A DNA stretch of 56,151 nucleotides from Alphaproteobacteria bacterium (GCA_017961285.1 JAGCXO010000005.1:1-56151), one strand, 5' to 3'; positions 19,891 to 31,852 are shown, counted from the first letter of the stretch. Numbers and translations are program-made. Notes: generated by a model not told the origin, from the sequence alone.

Positions 19891-21125
19891 TTACCCAATT
19901 CCTTTACCAAGCTATCAATAGCAACGCTCCTTTGTTGTCCGTCATCAAGTTTTTTCAACATAACTTCACCTTTTTGCAACTCATCCGGACCAACAATCAC
20001 AACAGCTTTTGCCATCATTTTATCGGCCTTCATCATCCTCTTTTTAATATTTCCCGAATATCCCTGTTCAACCCTAAAACCAGCCAAACGCAAGTTATAC
20101 GCAATTTTCATAGCCTCATCATTAACATCTTCACCAACCGGAACAACGGCAACCGGACGTTGTCTTTCTTCCGGCTTATCCAAAAGCATTGCCAATCTTT
20201 CAACACCGCAAGCCCAGCCGATTCCGGCAACCGGACCGCCGCCCATCTGCTCAACCAATCCGTCATAACGACCGCCGGCAAGCACCGTTCCCTGCGCTCC
20301 GAGTTTGTCGGTAACCAACTCAAAAACCGTATGCGAATAATAATCCAGCCCTCTGACCAAACGATTATTAACCCGATATTTAATTCCCAAAATATCCAAA
20401 CCTTTCAACACTCCGGCAAAAAATTCTTTAGAAGCCTCATTCAAACTGTCGGCATACAAAGGCGCATTTTCCACCACCGCCTTATCGCATTCTTCTTTAG
20501 AATCAAGCACACGCAAAGGATTGCGCTCCAATCTGTTTTTGCTGTCCTCGGAAAGCTTATCATAATTTTTGCGCAAATACGCAACCAATTTTTCTCTGTA
20601 TGCATCTCTGCTTTCCGCATCACCCAAAGAATTTATTTCCACCACAACTTGTCCCTGCAAACCGAGCTTTTCCAAAAACTCATAAGCCATGGCAATAAGC
20701 TCCACATCTGCCTGCGGAGTTGCCGCGCCCAAAAGCTCAACGCCGAATTGCGTAAACTGACGTTGACGTCCCTTTTGCGGACGCTCATATCTGAACATCG
20801 GTCCTTGATAATAAATCTTCAAAGGCAAATCCTGCTGCATTCCGTTGGAAATAAAGGCTCTGACGATACCTGCCGTTCCTTCCGGACGCAAAGTCAAACT
20901 CTCACCGCCCCTATCCTCAAAACAATACATTTCTTTGGTTACAATATCACTTGTATCCCCCAAATTGCGAGCAAAAACTTCCGTAAACTCAAAGATAGGG
21001 GTTTCCATCTCTTCAAAACCGTATTTTTCAACAACCTGTTCGGCAATACGCGTAACCTGCTTGGTTTTTCTTTTTGCTTCTCCATACAAATCGTAGGTTC
21101 CGCGCACACTTTGTAACTTTGACAT
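19887..21125 (-). CDS. hisS: Histidine--tRNA ligase
   Basis: [32 protein letters not shown]. Confidence 0.97.
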   Translation of the reverse strand: MSKLQSVRGTYDLYGEAKRKTKQVTRIAEQVVEKYGFEEMETPIFEFTEVFARNLGDTSDIVTKEMYCFEDRGGESLTLRPEGTAGIVRAFISNGMQQDLPLKIYYQGPMFRYERPQKGRQRQFTQFGVELLGAATPQADVELIAMAYEFLEKLGLQGQVVVEINSLGDAESRDAYREKLVAYLRKNYDKLSEDSKNRLERNPLRVLDSKEECDKAVVENAPLYADSLNEASKEFFAGVLKGLDILGIKYRVNNRLVRGLDYYSHTVFELVTDKLGAQGTVLAGGRYDGLVEQMGGGPVAGIGWACGVERLAMLLDKPEERQRPVAVVPVGEDVNDEAMKIAYNLRLAGFRVEQGYSGNIKKRMMKADKMMAKAVVIVGPDELQKGEVMLKKLDDGQQRSVAIDSLVKELGK

Positions 21126-21197
21126 TATCTTTCCTTTTCAAACACAAAAGTGAAAATAGCCGTTTCAGACCATTTTCACCATAAAAAACAAAAAGCA

Positions 21198-21893
21198 CTA
21201 ATTACTCGATTTATCCTCTTTTTTTACATCTTCTTTAGTCTCTTTTTCCTTATTCTCTTCAGATTGCTTTTCATCCGTATTTTGCAAATCTTTATCAACT
21301 TCGGCCGAAGCAGCATCACTTTCCAGCATTTTTTCAACCGATTGATAATAATCAACATCACCCTCGGCTATGGCTTCATCCTCACTGCTCACCGCAATGG
21401 AAGACATTTTGCTGATTTCACTCAAAGGACTCAAATATTGCCAAAGCCACGCCAACAAGGCCACCAACAAGATTCCCAACAACACATAAAACTTGCGTGG
21501 CATTCCGACCTCTGCAGATGTTTCCTCTGAAGGAGAATTAACCAATTGAGGCTTCACTTCGATTTCTTCTTTGAAAAGCTGTGTAATTCTTGTATTATTC
21601 AGCCCCAAATATTTTGCATAAGCATCAACGAAACCGGCAGAATAAGGCATTGAAGGAAGGTTTTTATATTCACCTTTTTCAATGGCCTCCAAATAATATC
21701 TGCGAATGCACAACTTTTGTGCAATCACATCCAAATCAATGTTCTTTTTTATACGCTCATTATACAAAATAGCGCCAATTCTATCAACTTCCATTGATTT
21801 ATTTTCTTCATCGCCTTTTTTTGTTTTACGAACATCTTCTTTCGAAGCACCTCGCATTGTTACAGAACTTTTTGCCATTACTTTACTTCCCAT
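21198..21893 (-). CDS. rodZ: RodZ-like protein (HTH + TM, short periplasmic part)
   Basis: IGAIL...R...YLEAIEKG...LP...YSAGFVDAYAKYLGL HTH, single TM; ptsP-hisS context. Confidence 0.75.
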   Translation of the reverse strand: MGSKVMAKSSVTMRGASKEDVRKTKKGDEENKSMEVDRIGAILYNERIKKNIDLDVIAQKLCIRRYYLEAIEKGEYKNLPSMPYSAGFVDAYAKYLGLNNTRITQLFKEEIEVKPQLVNSPSEETSAEVGMPRKFYVLLGILLVALLAWLWQYLSPLSEISKMSSIAVSSEDEAIAEGDVDYYQSVEKMLESDAASAEVDKDLQNTDEKQSEENKEKETKEDVKKEDKSSN

Positions 21894-21948
21894 TTTTAAA
21901 GTTAAATACAGTCAAAAAAACGACTTACCCATCTTTTTATCACAGCTT

Positions 21949-24231
21949 TTAATAAATTTCAATAGCGTGATCATTTGCATAAGCAATTAATTGCGAACGC
22001 AGGCTTGCACGCGGAGAATTAAGCAAACTTACCACATAATCTTCGACTTCAGCCTTATTTATACTCCTAATCATACTCTTAACTTTTGCAAACGCGGCTC
22101 CGTTACAAGAAAGATTCTGATAACCGAGTCCCACCAAAGCCAAAGCCTCAATCGGATTAGAAGCCATTTCTCCGCACACGGAGCAATAAACATTATTTTT
22201 CTTCGCCTTATCGACAATATCTTTCATCACCCGCAAAAAAGGTGCCGATAAAACATCATACCGATCAAGCAGTTGAGGATTTCCTCTGTCACAGGCAAAA
22301 ACAAATTGTGCCAAATCATTAGTTCCCACCGAAACAAAATCAGCATTAGGTAAAATATTGTCCAGTTGATACAAAACAGCCGGCACTTCAACCATCAACC
22401 CGACATTAACCTTTTTAGGCAACGGCAACCCGCGTTTTCTCATTTTTTCCAACTCGAGCATCAACGTTGCTTTTGCCTCTAAAAATTCTTCACAATTTGA
22501 TATCATCGGAAACATCACATCAAGCTCTCTGCCTGCCGCCGCCAACAAAAAAGCCTTAACTTGTTTTCTCAATATTGCACGCCTGTCAAGCGTAATCCTA
22601 ATCGAGCGCCAGCCGATTGCCGGATTGCTTTCTCCCTTATATCCCCAATATGGCAAAATTTTATCCGAACCCACATCCAAAGTCCTGAAAATAACCTTTT
22701 TCTTGCCGCAAACATCTGTTAAATCTTTATAATACGCAACTTGTTGATCAACATCCGGCATATTTATCGAGGTCATAAAAGGAATTTCTGTCCTATAAAG
22801 TCCAACTCCGTCACAATTTGTTTTTTCAACATACTCAAAATCAAGCGGCAAACCGACGTTGATATACATTCCGATTTTTTGTTTGTCTTTTGTAACAGAA
22901 GGCAACTTTCTTAATTCGGCAAATTTTTGTTGCAACCGCTCTGCTTCTGCAATTTTTTTATAAAACTTATTCTCCACATCTTGCGACGGGCTCAGATAAA
23001 TAATTCCCTCATTACCGTCAATCGCCAGTTTTTGACCGTTTTGCACTTCTGCCAAAACATTTTTAACCTTACTCAAAACGGGAATATTCAAAGCCTTCGC
23101 CACAATAGCCACATGCATTGTCGGCGTCCCTTCCTCCAATACCAAGCCCCTTATCTTGGTATAATCATAATCCATAAGCTCTGCCGGTCCCATCGACTGC
23201 GCAACCAAAATAATGTCTTTTGCCGAATTGACACTGTTTTTTCCAAAATCTCCGGCCAAATACGACAATAATCTATTGGCCACATCGCGCAAATCGTGCA
23301 ATCTCTCCTTCAAATAAGCATCATCACTTGCCGACAAGCGATTCCACATATCTTCATAAGCCCTCTCGACTGCCGCCTCTGCGGACAATCCACCTTCAAT
23401 ATTATCAGCAATTTTTTTATACCAGCCCTTGTCTTTGGCAAACATTCTATATGCTTCCAAAATATCGACATGCTCGCCCAAGCCTAACTTTGCCGCATTA
23501 AACCTGCTGTCCAAATCATCATTCATTTGCTCATGTGCAACGCGCAAACGTTCAAGTTCTTGATTTTTATCTTCTGCAAAAATATTGGTTATAGCCCGGC
23601 GTGCATTATGTATTATTGCCTGTCCGATCCCATATCCCTTATTCAAACTGACAGCCTTAATTTTATCCTTGACCGCAACACCCTTAATTTTTTGCAATTG
23701 TTTTATATATTCTGCAACATCCGGCATAGAGAGCATATCGCTCACAAACATTGCCACTGCCTTCAGAAAGGCAAGATCATCATCACCGTAAGCAAGTGCT
23801 TTTTTTGTAAAAATACCCACAACCCCGAGACACCGATTCCACTGAACAATAGCAACACCTGCAAACGACTTCATGTTTTTGTGTCTCAATTCTTCACCAA
23901 ATACAAAATTATCATAAACTTCATCGAGATTATTTATAACTACCGAATTTTTCTCCAAAGCAATCTTGCCGATTTCATCTTCATCTGCACGCCATTGGTC
24001 TTCAATATCCTCGTCCAAACCAAAATTTGATAAACATTCAAGATATTTATTATCAGCCAAAAGACAACAAACAAAAACATCTGCAGACATAACCTCTGCC
24101 ACAGTCTTGGAAACCTCTGCCACCTTTTGTTTTGCGACAAGAGAACTCATTGCTATTTTTTGCAATTTTTGTAAAAGTTTATCTGCCTTGTTTTTTTTAT
24201 TTATCATACTCATTTTATCCAACCGCACCAA
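21949..24231 (-). CDS. ptsP: PEP-protein phosphotransferase EI(Ntr) with N-terminal GAF
   Basis: TMHVAIVA (phospho-His), GLYRTEIPF, RTLDVGSDK, SVGTNDL, CGEMA; start may be ATG at 24213. Confidence 0.92.
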   Translation of the reverse strand: MVRLDKMSMINKKNKADKLLQKLQKIAMSSLVAKQKVAEVSKTVAEVMSADVFVCCLLADNKYLECLSNFGLDEDIEDQWRADEDEIGKIALEKNSVVINNLDEVYDNFVFGEELRHKNMKSFAGVAIVQWNRCLGVVGIFTKKALAYGDDDLAFLKAVAMFVSDMLSMPDVAEYIKQLQKIKGVAVKDKIKAVSLNKGYGIGQAIIHNARRAITNIFAEDKNQELERLRVAHEQMNDDLDSRFNAAKLGLGEHVDILEAYRMFAKDKGWYKKIADNIEGGLSAEAAVERAYEDMWNRLSASDDAYLKERLHDLRDVANRLLSYLAGDFGKNSVNSAKDIILVAQSMGPAELMDYDYTKIRGLVLEEGTPTMHVAIVAKALNIPVLSKVKNVLAEVQNGQKLAIDGNEGIIYLSPSQDVENKFYKKIAEAERLQQKFAELRKLPSVTKDKQKIGMYINVGLPLDFEYVEKTNCDGVGLYRTEIPFMTSINMPDVDQQVAYYKDLTDVCGKKKVIFRTLDVGSDKILPYWGYKGESNPAIGWRSIRITLDRRAILRKQVKAFLLAAAGRELDVMFPMISNCEEFLEAKATLMLELEKMRKRGLPLPKKVNVGLMVEVPAVLYQLDNILPNADFVSVGTNDLAQFVFACDRGNPQLLDRYDVLSAPFLRVMKDIVDKAKKNNVYCSVCGEMASNPIEALALVGLGYQNLSCNGAAFAKVKSMIRSINKAEVEDYVVSLLNSPRASLRSQLIAYANDHAIEIY

Positions 24232-24307
24232 TTTTGTATTGTGATTTTATTTATATTATTTATATTCATTTTCATCAAGTTAAAAATAATCTGCAAGGAG
24301 TAAATAA

Positions 24308-24682
24308 ATGGCTAACAAATATCAAATTGGAGACAAGGATACTCGTCCGTGGGGCACATGGGAAGTTTTATCCTGCGGAGAAAACTTCTGCATCAAAAAA
24401 ATTATTGTCAACCCGCAAGCAAAATTGTCTTTGCAGCTGCATCATCACCGTTCCGAACATTGGATAATCACCAAAGGCATTGCCAGCGTAGCTCTCGGCG
24501 ATTCTATTTTGGAAAAAAAGCCTTTTGAACACGTTTACATCCCGCAGGAAACCAAACACCGGATGACCAACCCAGGCTCGCAACCTCTTGAGTTTATAGA
24601 AGTGCAAACCGGCGAAATCTTAGATGAAAACGATATCATTCGTTTTGAAGACATATATAACCGTGTCAACCAACAAAAATAG
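24308..24682 (+). CDS. Cupin, type II phosphomannose isomerase C-terminal domain
   Basis: RPWG, LSLQLHHHRSEHW, HRMTNPG, IEVQTG...DIIRFED.Y.R. Confidence 0.9.
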   Translation: MANKYQIGDKDTRPWGTWEVLSCGENFCIKKIIVNPQAKLSLQLHHHRSEHWIITKGIASVALGDSILEKKPFEHVYIPQETKHRMTNPGSQPLEFIEVQTGEILDENDIIRFEDIYNRVNQQK

Positions 24683-24739
24683 TTGACTTCTGTGCTAACT
24701 CACTTATAACTAAATAAAAAACAATTTAGGTGAACAAAA

Positions 24740-25483
24740 ATGAATTTTTTAGATTTGGGATTAAGCGAAAAAACCGTTCAAGCCATCAATGAAAGCGGCA
24801 TTGTAACACCGACAACTGTTCAAACAGACGTTATTCCTGCTGTTTTGGAAGGTAAAGATATCTTCACAATTGCCCCCGGAGGTTGCGGGAAAACTATTTC
24901 TTATGTCTTGCCTTTGGTTGACATAATCAGTCGCAAAAACAAAACCAATATTCTCATCATAACATCCGATTCGGCAAAATCAGTTCTCATTTCTGACACC
25001 TTTGCCCTGCTCAATCGGTTTCACGAAGAACAAGAAAATGACAAAGAAGAAGATGAATCCGACGTCATCATCGGCTCACCTGATTTGATACTTGAATTAA
25101 CCGAAGAAAAACGTATTGATCTCTCCCAAATAAATATTTTGGTAGTTGACGATATCAACTTGATTAAAAAGAACAAGCAAATTTCTAATTTAGAAAAAAT
25201 ATTAGAAATGTTGCCGGCCGACAAACAAAATATTGTTTATACCAATCGTCGCTCCAAAGAAACTCAGGATATATTAGATAAAATCCTAAAATCTCCGCAA
25301 GAAATAAAAGTCGATAAGGACAAAGAAGAAGAAGCTCGCAATGCATCTTCTCCGCACAGCAAACATTCTGAAACTGCCTACGACAAGGAAGCACTTGAGT
25401 TGGAAAAAAGAAACAATTCTTTCAAAGGCCACACTCCTAAATTTTTGCTTCTGCAGGCAGAACCGGCACCAAATTGCGACTAA
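24740..25483 (+). CDS. Truncated, degenerate DEAD-box helicase (domain 1 only)
   Basis: Q motif (F.DLGL...PT.VQ), APGGCGKT Walker A, VVDDI in place of DEAD; no helicase-C domain. Confidence 0.75.
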   Translation: MNFLDLGLSEKTVQAINESGIVTPTTVQTDVIPAVLEGKDIFTIAPGGCGKTISYVLPLVDIISRKNKTNILIITSDSAKSVLISDTFALLNRFHEEQENDKEEDESDVIIGSPDLILELTEEKRIDLSQINILVVDDINLIKKNKQISNLEKILEMLPADKQNIVYTNRRSKETQDILDKILKSPQEIKVDKDKEEEARNASSPHSKHSETAYDKEALELEKRNNSFKGHTPKFLLLQAEPAPNCD

Positions 25484-25501
25484 ACATTCCCATCATTATT
25501 G

Positions 25502-25530
25502 TTGACAACTGCAACAATATAATATAGCGT
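25502..25530 (+). promoter_or_regulatory. Putative sigma70 promoter
   Basis: TTGACA-17 bp-TAGCGT upstream of the 25575 ORF. Confidence 0.4.
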
Positions 25531-25574
25531 GCAGAACAATACTCAATTATTATGCACACTAAAATTTTTATATT

Positions 25575-26009
25575 ATGAAAAAATTTTTTCAAACTTTTAA
25601 GATTGAAAAAAACAAAGCCTCAATCATGAAATGGGGCACAATTGTCATTGTTGCTATCAGCCTTTGTTTTGGGTGGAAATACGCACTTGTCAGTTTGTTC
25701 TCTGTTATCCTTACTGCTTTATACAGCCTCCGCGCCTACAATGAAGGCTGCTTTGAAAATGTTACAGACGAACACGAACATATAGACGGCGGTTATCCCG
25801 AAGATGGATGGAAAAGACTGCAAAAGAACCTAAAAATCATTAGCATAATCTTGATAATTTTAGGTATATTTCTGACATTTTTCTATTCACTGACACCGAT
25901 ACAAAACGCTTGTATAAATACCAGTTTTGCCGGCACCGACTATTCCATTCCATATACCCTGTTATTTCCTTGTCTGATAGGCATAATTTTGTTCTTCATA
26001 CTTTCATAG
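25575..26009 (+). CDS. Hypothetical membrane protein
   Basis: 144 aa, about 4 TM segments, own promoter and terminator. Confidence 0.6.
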   Translation: MKKFFQTFKIEKNKASIMKWGTIVIVAISLCFGWKYALVSLFSVILTALYSLRAYNEGCFENVTDEHEHIDGGYPEDGWKRLQKNLKIISIILIILGIFLTFFYSLTPIQNACINTSFAGTDYSIPYTLLFPCLIGIILFFILS

Positions 26010-26013
26010 CAAC

Positions 26014-26047
26014 AAAAAAAAGCGGTGAAAAATCACCGCCTTTTTTA
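26014..26047. terminator. Bidirectional terminator
   Basis: GCGGTGA-aaaa-TCACCGC with A- and T-runs. Confidence 0.75.
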
Positions 26048-26064
26048 TACCTTGATCAAGAAAA

Positions 26065-26784
26065 TTATTTCTTGGCTTCATTTATTTTGGCCTGAATTTC
26101 AGTCGCAACCGGAGCAACCATTTCACCATTCAAAACCACTGTCGGAACACCGGCAATTTGAACATTTCCGGCCAAAGTATTATTAGCTTCGAAAGCAGCA
26201 TTAACTTTATCAGCCTTCATATCTTTCTTCATTTGCTCAACATCAATGCCTGCTTTTCCGGCCAATTCATCAACCAAAGCCTCAGACAAAGGTTTTTGAA
26301 CAGTCATCAAAGCTGTATGCAATTCAACAAACTTTCCTTGTTCATTTGCAGCCAAAACGGCACGAGCAGCATATTCAGAGTGAGGAGAAACAAAAGCCAA
26401 AGGTCTATACAAAACCTTTACATCAGCATTTTCTGCAATAACTTTGTTCAACTCAGGGAACAATCTGCGGCAATATCCGCAAGCGTAATCATAGAACTCA
26501 ACCATAACAACTTTAGAGCTTGCATCGCCCTGAAGAGGAGCATTATTTGCGTTCAACTCAGCCTCATGTTGCTTAAACAAAGCTTTGAGCTGAGCTTCAG
26601 CTTCATCTCTGGCTTTTTGTTCATACGCCTGCAAAGCATTAATAACATACTCCGGATGCTCCTTCAAAACAGCCTCAATATTCACAGAATTTTCTGCCTT
26701 ATCTGCACAAGGAACATAAACCTTAATCAAAGCAAATGCAGCCATCAACAAAGCTACAACAGATATTAAAAGTGTTTTTTTCAT
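26065..26784 (-). CDS. DsbA-family thiol-disulfide oxidoreductase (Com1-like)
   Basis: L.EHPE, EFYDYACGYC, cis-Pro GVPT; ATG at 26784. Confidence 0.88.
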   Translation of the reverse strand: MKKTLLISVVALLMAAFALIKVYVPCADKAENSVNIEAVLKEHPEYVINALQAYEQKARDEAEAQLKALFKQHEAELNANNAPLQGDASSKVVMVEFYDYACGYCRRLFPELNKVIAENADVKVLYRPLAFVSPHSEYAARAVLAANEQGKFVELHTALMTVQKPLSEALVDELAGKAGIDVEQMKKDMKADKVNAAFEANNTLAGNVQIAGVPTVVLNGEMVAPVATEIQAKINEAKK

Positions 26785-26931
26785 AATAAATTCCTTACAA
26801 TTGTAATTAACGTTAACATTCAAGAATCTAATCAAATTTTCCAAACTTTACAAGCGGCAAAAAGAAATTTACACAAAAATCCAACATTTTTTAACTTTTA
26901 CAGAATACAATGCACAATACGGAGGTCAAAA

Positions 26932-27591
26932 ATGTTCAAAATAAAAATCTCACTTTTCTCAAAAACCAAAGCATTAGAAGAAAAAATTGATTCATTTCAC
27001 GACAAATTAATCGATTCTGCAAATTTGTTTGATAAAGCCATCAAAACTTTTTTGTTTTCATCTGATCGCGAAGAGCACGCCGCTGTCACCAAACAAAGCA
27101 AAAAAATAGAACATAATGCTGACGAACTGCGCCGAGATATAGAAAACCAACTATATGCACAAAATTTACTACCAAATCTGCAAGCCGACATTTTACAATT
27201 GGTTGAAAGCTTGGATAAAATCAACAATCACATTGATGAGGTAATTTATAAATTTTATGTTGAGCAACCGGAAATTTCCGAAAATTTCAAACCCAAACTG
27301 AAAGAATTGGGAAAGCAAGTCGCCGCTTGTTGCGAAAATATGGCCATTGCATCCCGAGCCTTTTTCAAAGACATAAGTATTGTCCGTGACTATACTCACA
27401 AAGTTTATTTAATGGAACAAGAATCAGACCGCACTTATAATGACTTAAAAAAAGCTATATTTGCCGCCAAAATGCCTCTGGCCAACAAACTCCAGCTTGA
27501 TATCTTGATTACCGAAATCGCTGAAATCGCTGATATTGCCGAAGATTGTGCCGATGAACTCCTGATATTCACTCTTAAGAGAGATATTTAA
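26932..27591 (+). CDS. DUF47 / PhoU-like phosphate transport regulator
   Basis: EHNADELRR, EQESD, IADIAEDCAD; overlaps pit. Confidence 0.88.
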   Translation: MFKIKISLFSKTKALEEKIDSFHDKLIDSANLFDKAIKTFLFSSDREEHAAVTKQSKKIEHNADELRRDIENQLYAQNLLPNLQADILQLVESLDKINNHIDEVIYKFYVEQPEISENFKPKLKELGKQVAACCENMAIASRAFFKDISIVRDYTHKVYLMEQESDRTYNDLKKAIFAAKMPLANKLQLDILITEIAEIADIAEDCADELLIFTLKRDI

Positions 27592-28628
27592 TGTTAATTT
27601 TTTTACTATTCCTAAGCAGCGGACTTTTTTTGGGCTGGTCACTGGGAGCAAATGACGGAGCGACCACCTTCGGAACTGCTGTCGGCTCCAAAATGCTAAA
27701 ATTCAAAAATGCGGCTATCATCGCCTCTGTTTTCGTCATAATCGGCGCAGTTCTCGCAGGTAGCGGCGGCGCCTCAACTCTCAACACCCTCGGAAACATC
27801 AACACCAGCGCCGGAGCTTTTATCGTTGAACTTGCCGCCGCCTTAACCATATATCTGATGGTTCGCGGCAAAATTATCACTTCCACTTCACAAGCCATTG
27901 TCGGCGCCATCATCGGTTGGAACTTTTACAGCCTGAAATCAACCGATTACGGTCTTTTTTCCACCATCGCCTCCACTTGGATAATCTGTCCGATATTATC
28001 AGGCCTTTTTGCAATATCTATATATTACATCTTAAAATCAATCTTTAAAATAGCCCCTGTCTCGCTCCTCAAACAAGACGTTTACATCCGTCTCTGCCTA
28101 ATCGCATCCGGCGCTTTTTCGGCCTATGCTCTCGGTGCAAATAATATCGCCAACGTTATGGGGGTTTTTGTAAAAACCAACATACTTAACCCCTTGCCTT
28201 TGCCCATCGGAATAGAACTCAACTCAACACAAGTGCTGTTCTTAATCGGTGCCATTGCTATTGCCGTCGGCATATTCACATATTCGAAAAAAAATACCGA
28301 AACTGTCGGGCACGATATCATGCAAATAAGCCCTTTTGTTGCCTGGATTGTTGTCATTTCACAATCACTGGTATTATTCATTTTTGCCTCGCCGGCACTG
28401 CACAATTTTTTGCTCAACCACAACCTTCCTACCATACCTTTGGTTCCTGTCTCCAGCTCACAAGCCACCATCGGTGCCATCATGGGCATCGGCCTCATCA
28501 AAGGCGGCTATTGCATTAACTGGCGGCTTATTTTTCGTATGGCTTTGGGCTGGGTTGCCACCCCCATCATCAGCGGTCTGATTTGCTACATCTCACTTTT
28601 TGTATTGATGAATATTTTTGGAATATAA
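27591..28628 (+). CDS. pit: Inorganic phosphate transporter (PiT family)
   Basis: GANDGA and GANNIAN signatures, PVSSSQA. Confidence 0.9.
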   Translation: MLIFLLFLSSGLFLGWSLGANDGATTFGTAVGSKMLKFKNAAIIASVFVIIGAVLAGSGGASTLNTLGNINTSAGAFIVELAAALTIYLMVRGKIITSTSQAIVGAIIGWNFYSLKSTDYGLFSTIASTWIICPILSGLFAISIYYILKSIFKIAPVSLLKQDVYIRLCLIASGAFSAYALGANNIANVMGVFVKTNILNPLPLPIGIELNSTQVLFLIGAIAIAVGIFTYSKKNTETVGHDIMQISPFVAWIVVISQSLVLFIFASPALHNFLLNHNLPTIPLVPVSSSQATIGAIMGIGLIKGGYCINWRLIFRMALGWVATPIISGLICYISLFVLMNIFGI

Positions 28629-29069
28629 TCACTCTCTATGATAAGGATGTCCTGCAATAATCGTCTGAACACGATAAACCTGTTCCAACAAAACCGCCCG
28701 CATCAACATATGCGGCAAAGTCAGCTTTCCGAAAGACAGCACCAAATCCGCCTTATCTCTTGTTGATTGCAAATGCCCGTCTGCACCACCGATCAAAAAA
28801 CATACTTCCGAGCAACCGTTCACCTGCCAATTTTCAAGTTTTGCCGCCAACTCCAAACTTTTAATATTAACTCCGCGCTCATCCAAAACTATTACTTTTG
28901 CCCCTTGCGGTATTGCCGCCTGCAAAAATTTTGCCTCATCTTCTTGGTTAGAATTGTCTGCTTCTTTAATCACAACCTCCCAACTCGAACGCTTGATATA
29001 TTCATCAATCAACATTCTTTCCGGCGAGTTTTTTTTACATTTTCCAATGGCAGCGACTATAACTCTCAT
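28629..29069 (-). CDS. rlmH: 23S rRNA pseudouridine-1915 methyltransferase
   Basis: LDERG, FLIGGADG, TLPHMLMRAVLLEQVYR, GHPYHRE. Confidence 0.96.
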   Translation of the reverse strand: MRVIVAAIGKCKKNSPERMLIDEYIKRSSWEVVIKEADNSNQEDEAKFLQAAIPQGAKVIVLDERGVNIKSLELAAKLENWQVNGCSEVCFLIGGADGHLQSTRDKADLVLSFGKLTLPHMLMRAVLLEQVYRVQTIIAGHPYHRE

Positions 29070-29156
29070 CTCACTTCCTAAATTCTATTGCATTTTTAAA
29101 TTGTTATGCTATAAACATATCAATAAATTGATATTATCACCAAAATTATTATACTT

Positions 29157-29654
29157 ATGAAAAAAATAAAAGCAATTTTTGAAAAATGGTTTCATAAAAA
29201 AGAAACCAAAGTAACCACACTGGGTGAACTCCCGGACCTTATTGTTCACCCCTTCGATTTACTGAAAACGCTAGGGATTGCCCTAGCTCACAAGACAGGA
29301 AAACCTATCAAAATCAGTAGTGACGAACTTTTGCAATTTGCTTTGTATGACAAAAAAGACAATTTTGTTGGCACTTTCTTTTGTATTGAAAGAAAAAAAC
29401 GCTACTTTGGCAATATCATCGGAAGCGCTGACATTATTTCTTGCGGCAAAAAAGCATTTCGCTTTGAAGAGACCGACAAAATTATCTACCCTATGGGTAA
29501 CCGCATGGGCGTAAATTACACTTTGTCCGCGATTTTCAAAAGTCCCCACGTAATTCCGATAGCTTTCCTCAGAAAAGATGTCGTGGTTCGCAAGTTCCTC
29601 AAGGAAAACACCATCAATCAGGCGATTGACTATTGTCTTTCCTTTATGGATTAA
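29157..29654 (+). CDS. Hypothetical protein
   Basis: 165 aa ORF between rlmH and rsfS, followed by a shared terminator. Confidence 0.6.
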   Translation: MKKIKAIFEKWFHKKETKVTTLGELPDLIVHPFDLLKTLGIALAHKTGKPIKISSDELLQFALYDKKDNFVGTFFCIERKKRYFGNIIGSADIISCGKKAFRFEETDKIIYPMGNRMGVNYTLSAIFKSPHVIPIAFLRKDVVVRKFLKENTINQAIDYCLSFMD

Positions 29655-29697
29655 AAAAAAGCAGCTTTCTTTTCGAAGAAGGCTGCTTCATTTTTTT
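29653..29697. terminator. Bidirectional terminator
   Basis: AAGCAGCTTTCTT-ttcg-AAGAAGGCTGCTT. Confidence 0.75.
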
Positions 29698-29707
29698 ATT
29701 TCAAACA

Positions 29708-30049
29708 CTATTCTTCACGCATATTGGCAATGGCTTTCCACATTTTTTCCAAATTATAATACTCACGCACTTCCGGACGGAAAATATGCACAATCACATC
29801 ATAGGCATCTATCAAAACCCAATCGCCTTTTTCTTCGCCCTCGCTCACCGATTTATAGCCGGCGTTTTTAAGATTCTCTTGCACACGCTGAGCCAAAGAA
29901 ATTACATGACGGTCAGAAGTCCCCGATGCCACAACCATTTCATTGGCTATCGAAGTTTTGCCTCGCAAATCAATAACCGTAACATCTTCGGCCTTGCCGT
30001 CATCAAGCGAATTTTTGACAATATTCAAAATTTCATCTTCTTTTTTCAT
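29708..30049 (-). CDS. rsfS: Ribosome silencing factor
   Basis: KAEDV..IDL, SGTSDRHV, WVLID..DVIVHIF.PEVREYYNLEKMW. Confidence 0.96.
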   Translation of the reverse strand: MKKEDEILNIVKNSLDDGKAEDVTVIDLRGKTSIANEMVVASGTSDRHVISLAQRVQENLKNAGYKSVSEGEEKGDWVLIDAYDVIVHIFRPEVREYYNLEKMWKAIANMREE

Positions 30050-30061
30050 ATCAACTCCCTC

Positions 30062-31120
<1,059 letters not shown>

Positions 31121-31180
31121 TCATCCTGCCAAAAACAAAGAAAGGGGGCTATGCCCCCTCGCCCTAAACTTTTGCTACAA

Positions 31181-31432
31181 TTATTCCGTAACAACAGAAA
31201 CAAAAGTCTTGTCGCCGGACTTTCTGAAAGCAACCTTACCTTCAACCAAAGCAAAAATGGTATGATCTTTACCCAGACCGACATTTTCACCCGGATGATA
31301 TTTTGTTCCGCGCTGACGAATAATGATATTTCCGGCTACAACAGACTGACCGCCGGACTTTTTCAAGCCCAAGCGACGGCCTTCGGTATCACGTCCGTTA
31401 TCGCTGCTACCACCTGACTTCTTATGTGCCAT
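31181..31432 (-). CDS. rpmA: 50S ribosomal protein L27
   Basis: [15 protein letters not shown]...RQRGT. Confidence 0.97.
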   Translation of the reverse strand: MAHKKSGGSSDNGRDTEGRRLGLKKSGGQSVVAGNIIIRQRGTKYHPGENVGLGKDHTIFALVEGKVAFRKSGDKTFVSVVTE

Positions 31433-31462
31433 AACTTAATCTCCTTTACCAAACTTCATTCA

Positions 31463-31759
31463 TTAAGCAATTTCAGCAATTTTCACAATAGTGATATTCT
31501 GTCTGTGGCCGTTCTTGCGACGATAGTTTTGTCTTCTTTTCTTTTTGAAAACAATAACTTTATCAGCCTTAGCCTGCTTAACAATAGTAGCCTTAACCGA
31601 TGCACCGGAAACCAACGGAGTTCCGACGACATCGCCTTTAGCCAACACTTCGCTGAAAACAACACTGCTACCTTCTTCGCCGGCAATTTTCTCAATTTTC
31701 AAAACATCACCGGTATTAACCTTATATTGTTTTCCGCCTGTTCTAATTATTGCGTACAT
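31463..31759 (-). CDS. rplU: 50S ribosomal protein L21
   Basis: MYAIIRTGGKQYKV...KKKRRQNYRRKNGHRQ. Confidence 0.97.
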   Translation of the reverse strand: MYAIIRTGGKQYKVNTGDVLKIEKIAGEEGSSVVFSEVLAKGDVVGTPLVSGASVKATIVKQAKADKVIVFKKKRRQNYRRKNGHRQNITIVKIAEIA

Positions 31760-31852
31760 TTCATTCACCTAAATTATTTCGATTTTAACATAAAACGTTG
31801 CTTGCAATATACATAACTTTTTTTTGCTGTCAACTACATTTTCAATAAAAAA

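Noticed and set aside
17547-21116. Long plus-strand ORFs (398, 300 and 394 aa) and similar ones opposite ftsH, ppdK and cpoB
   Set aside because: Antisense shadows of well-conserved genes, with no recognisable motifs
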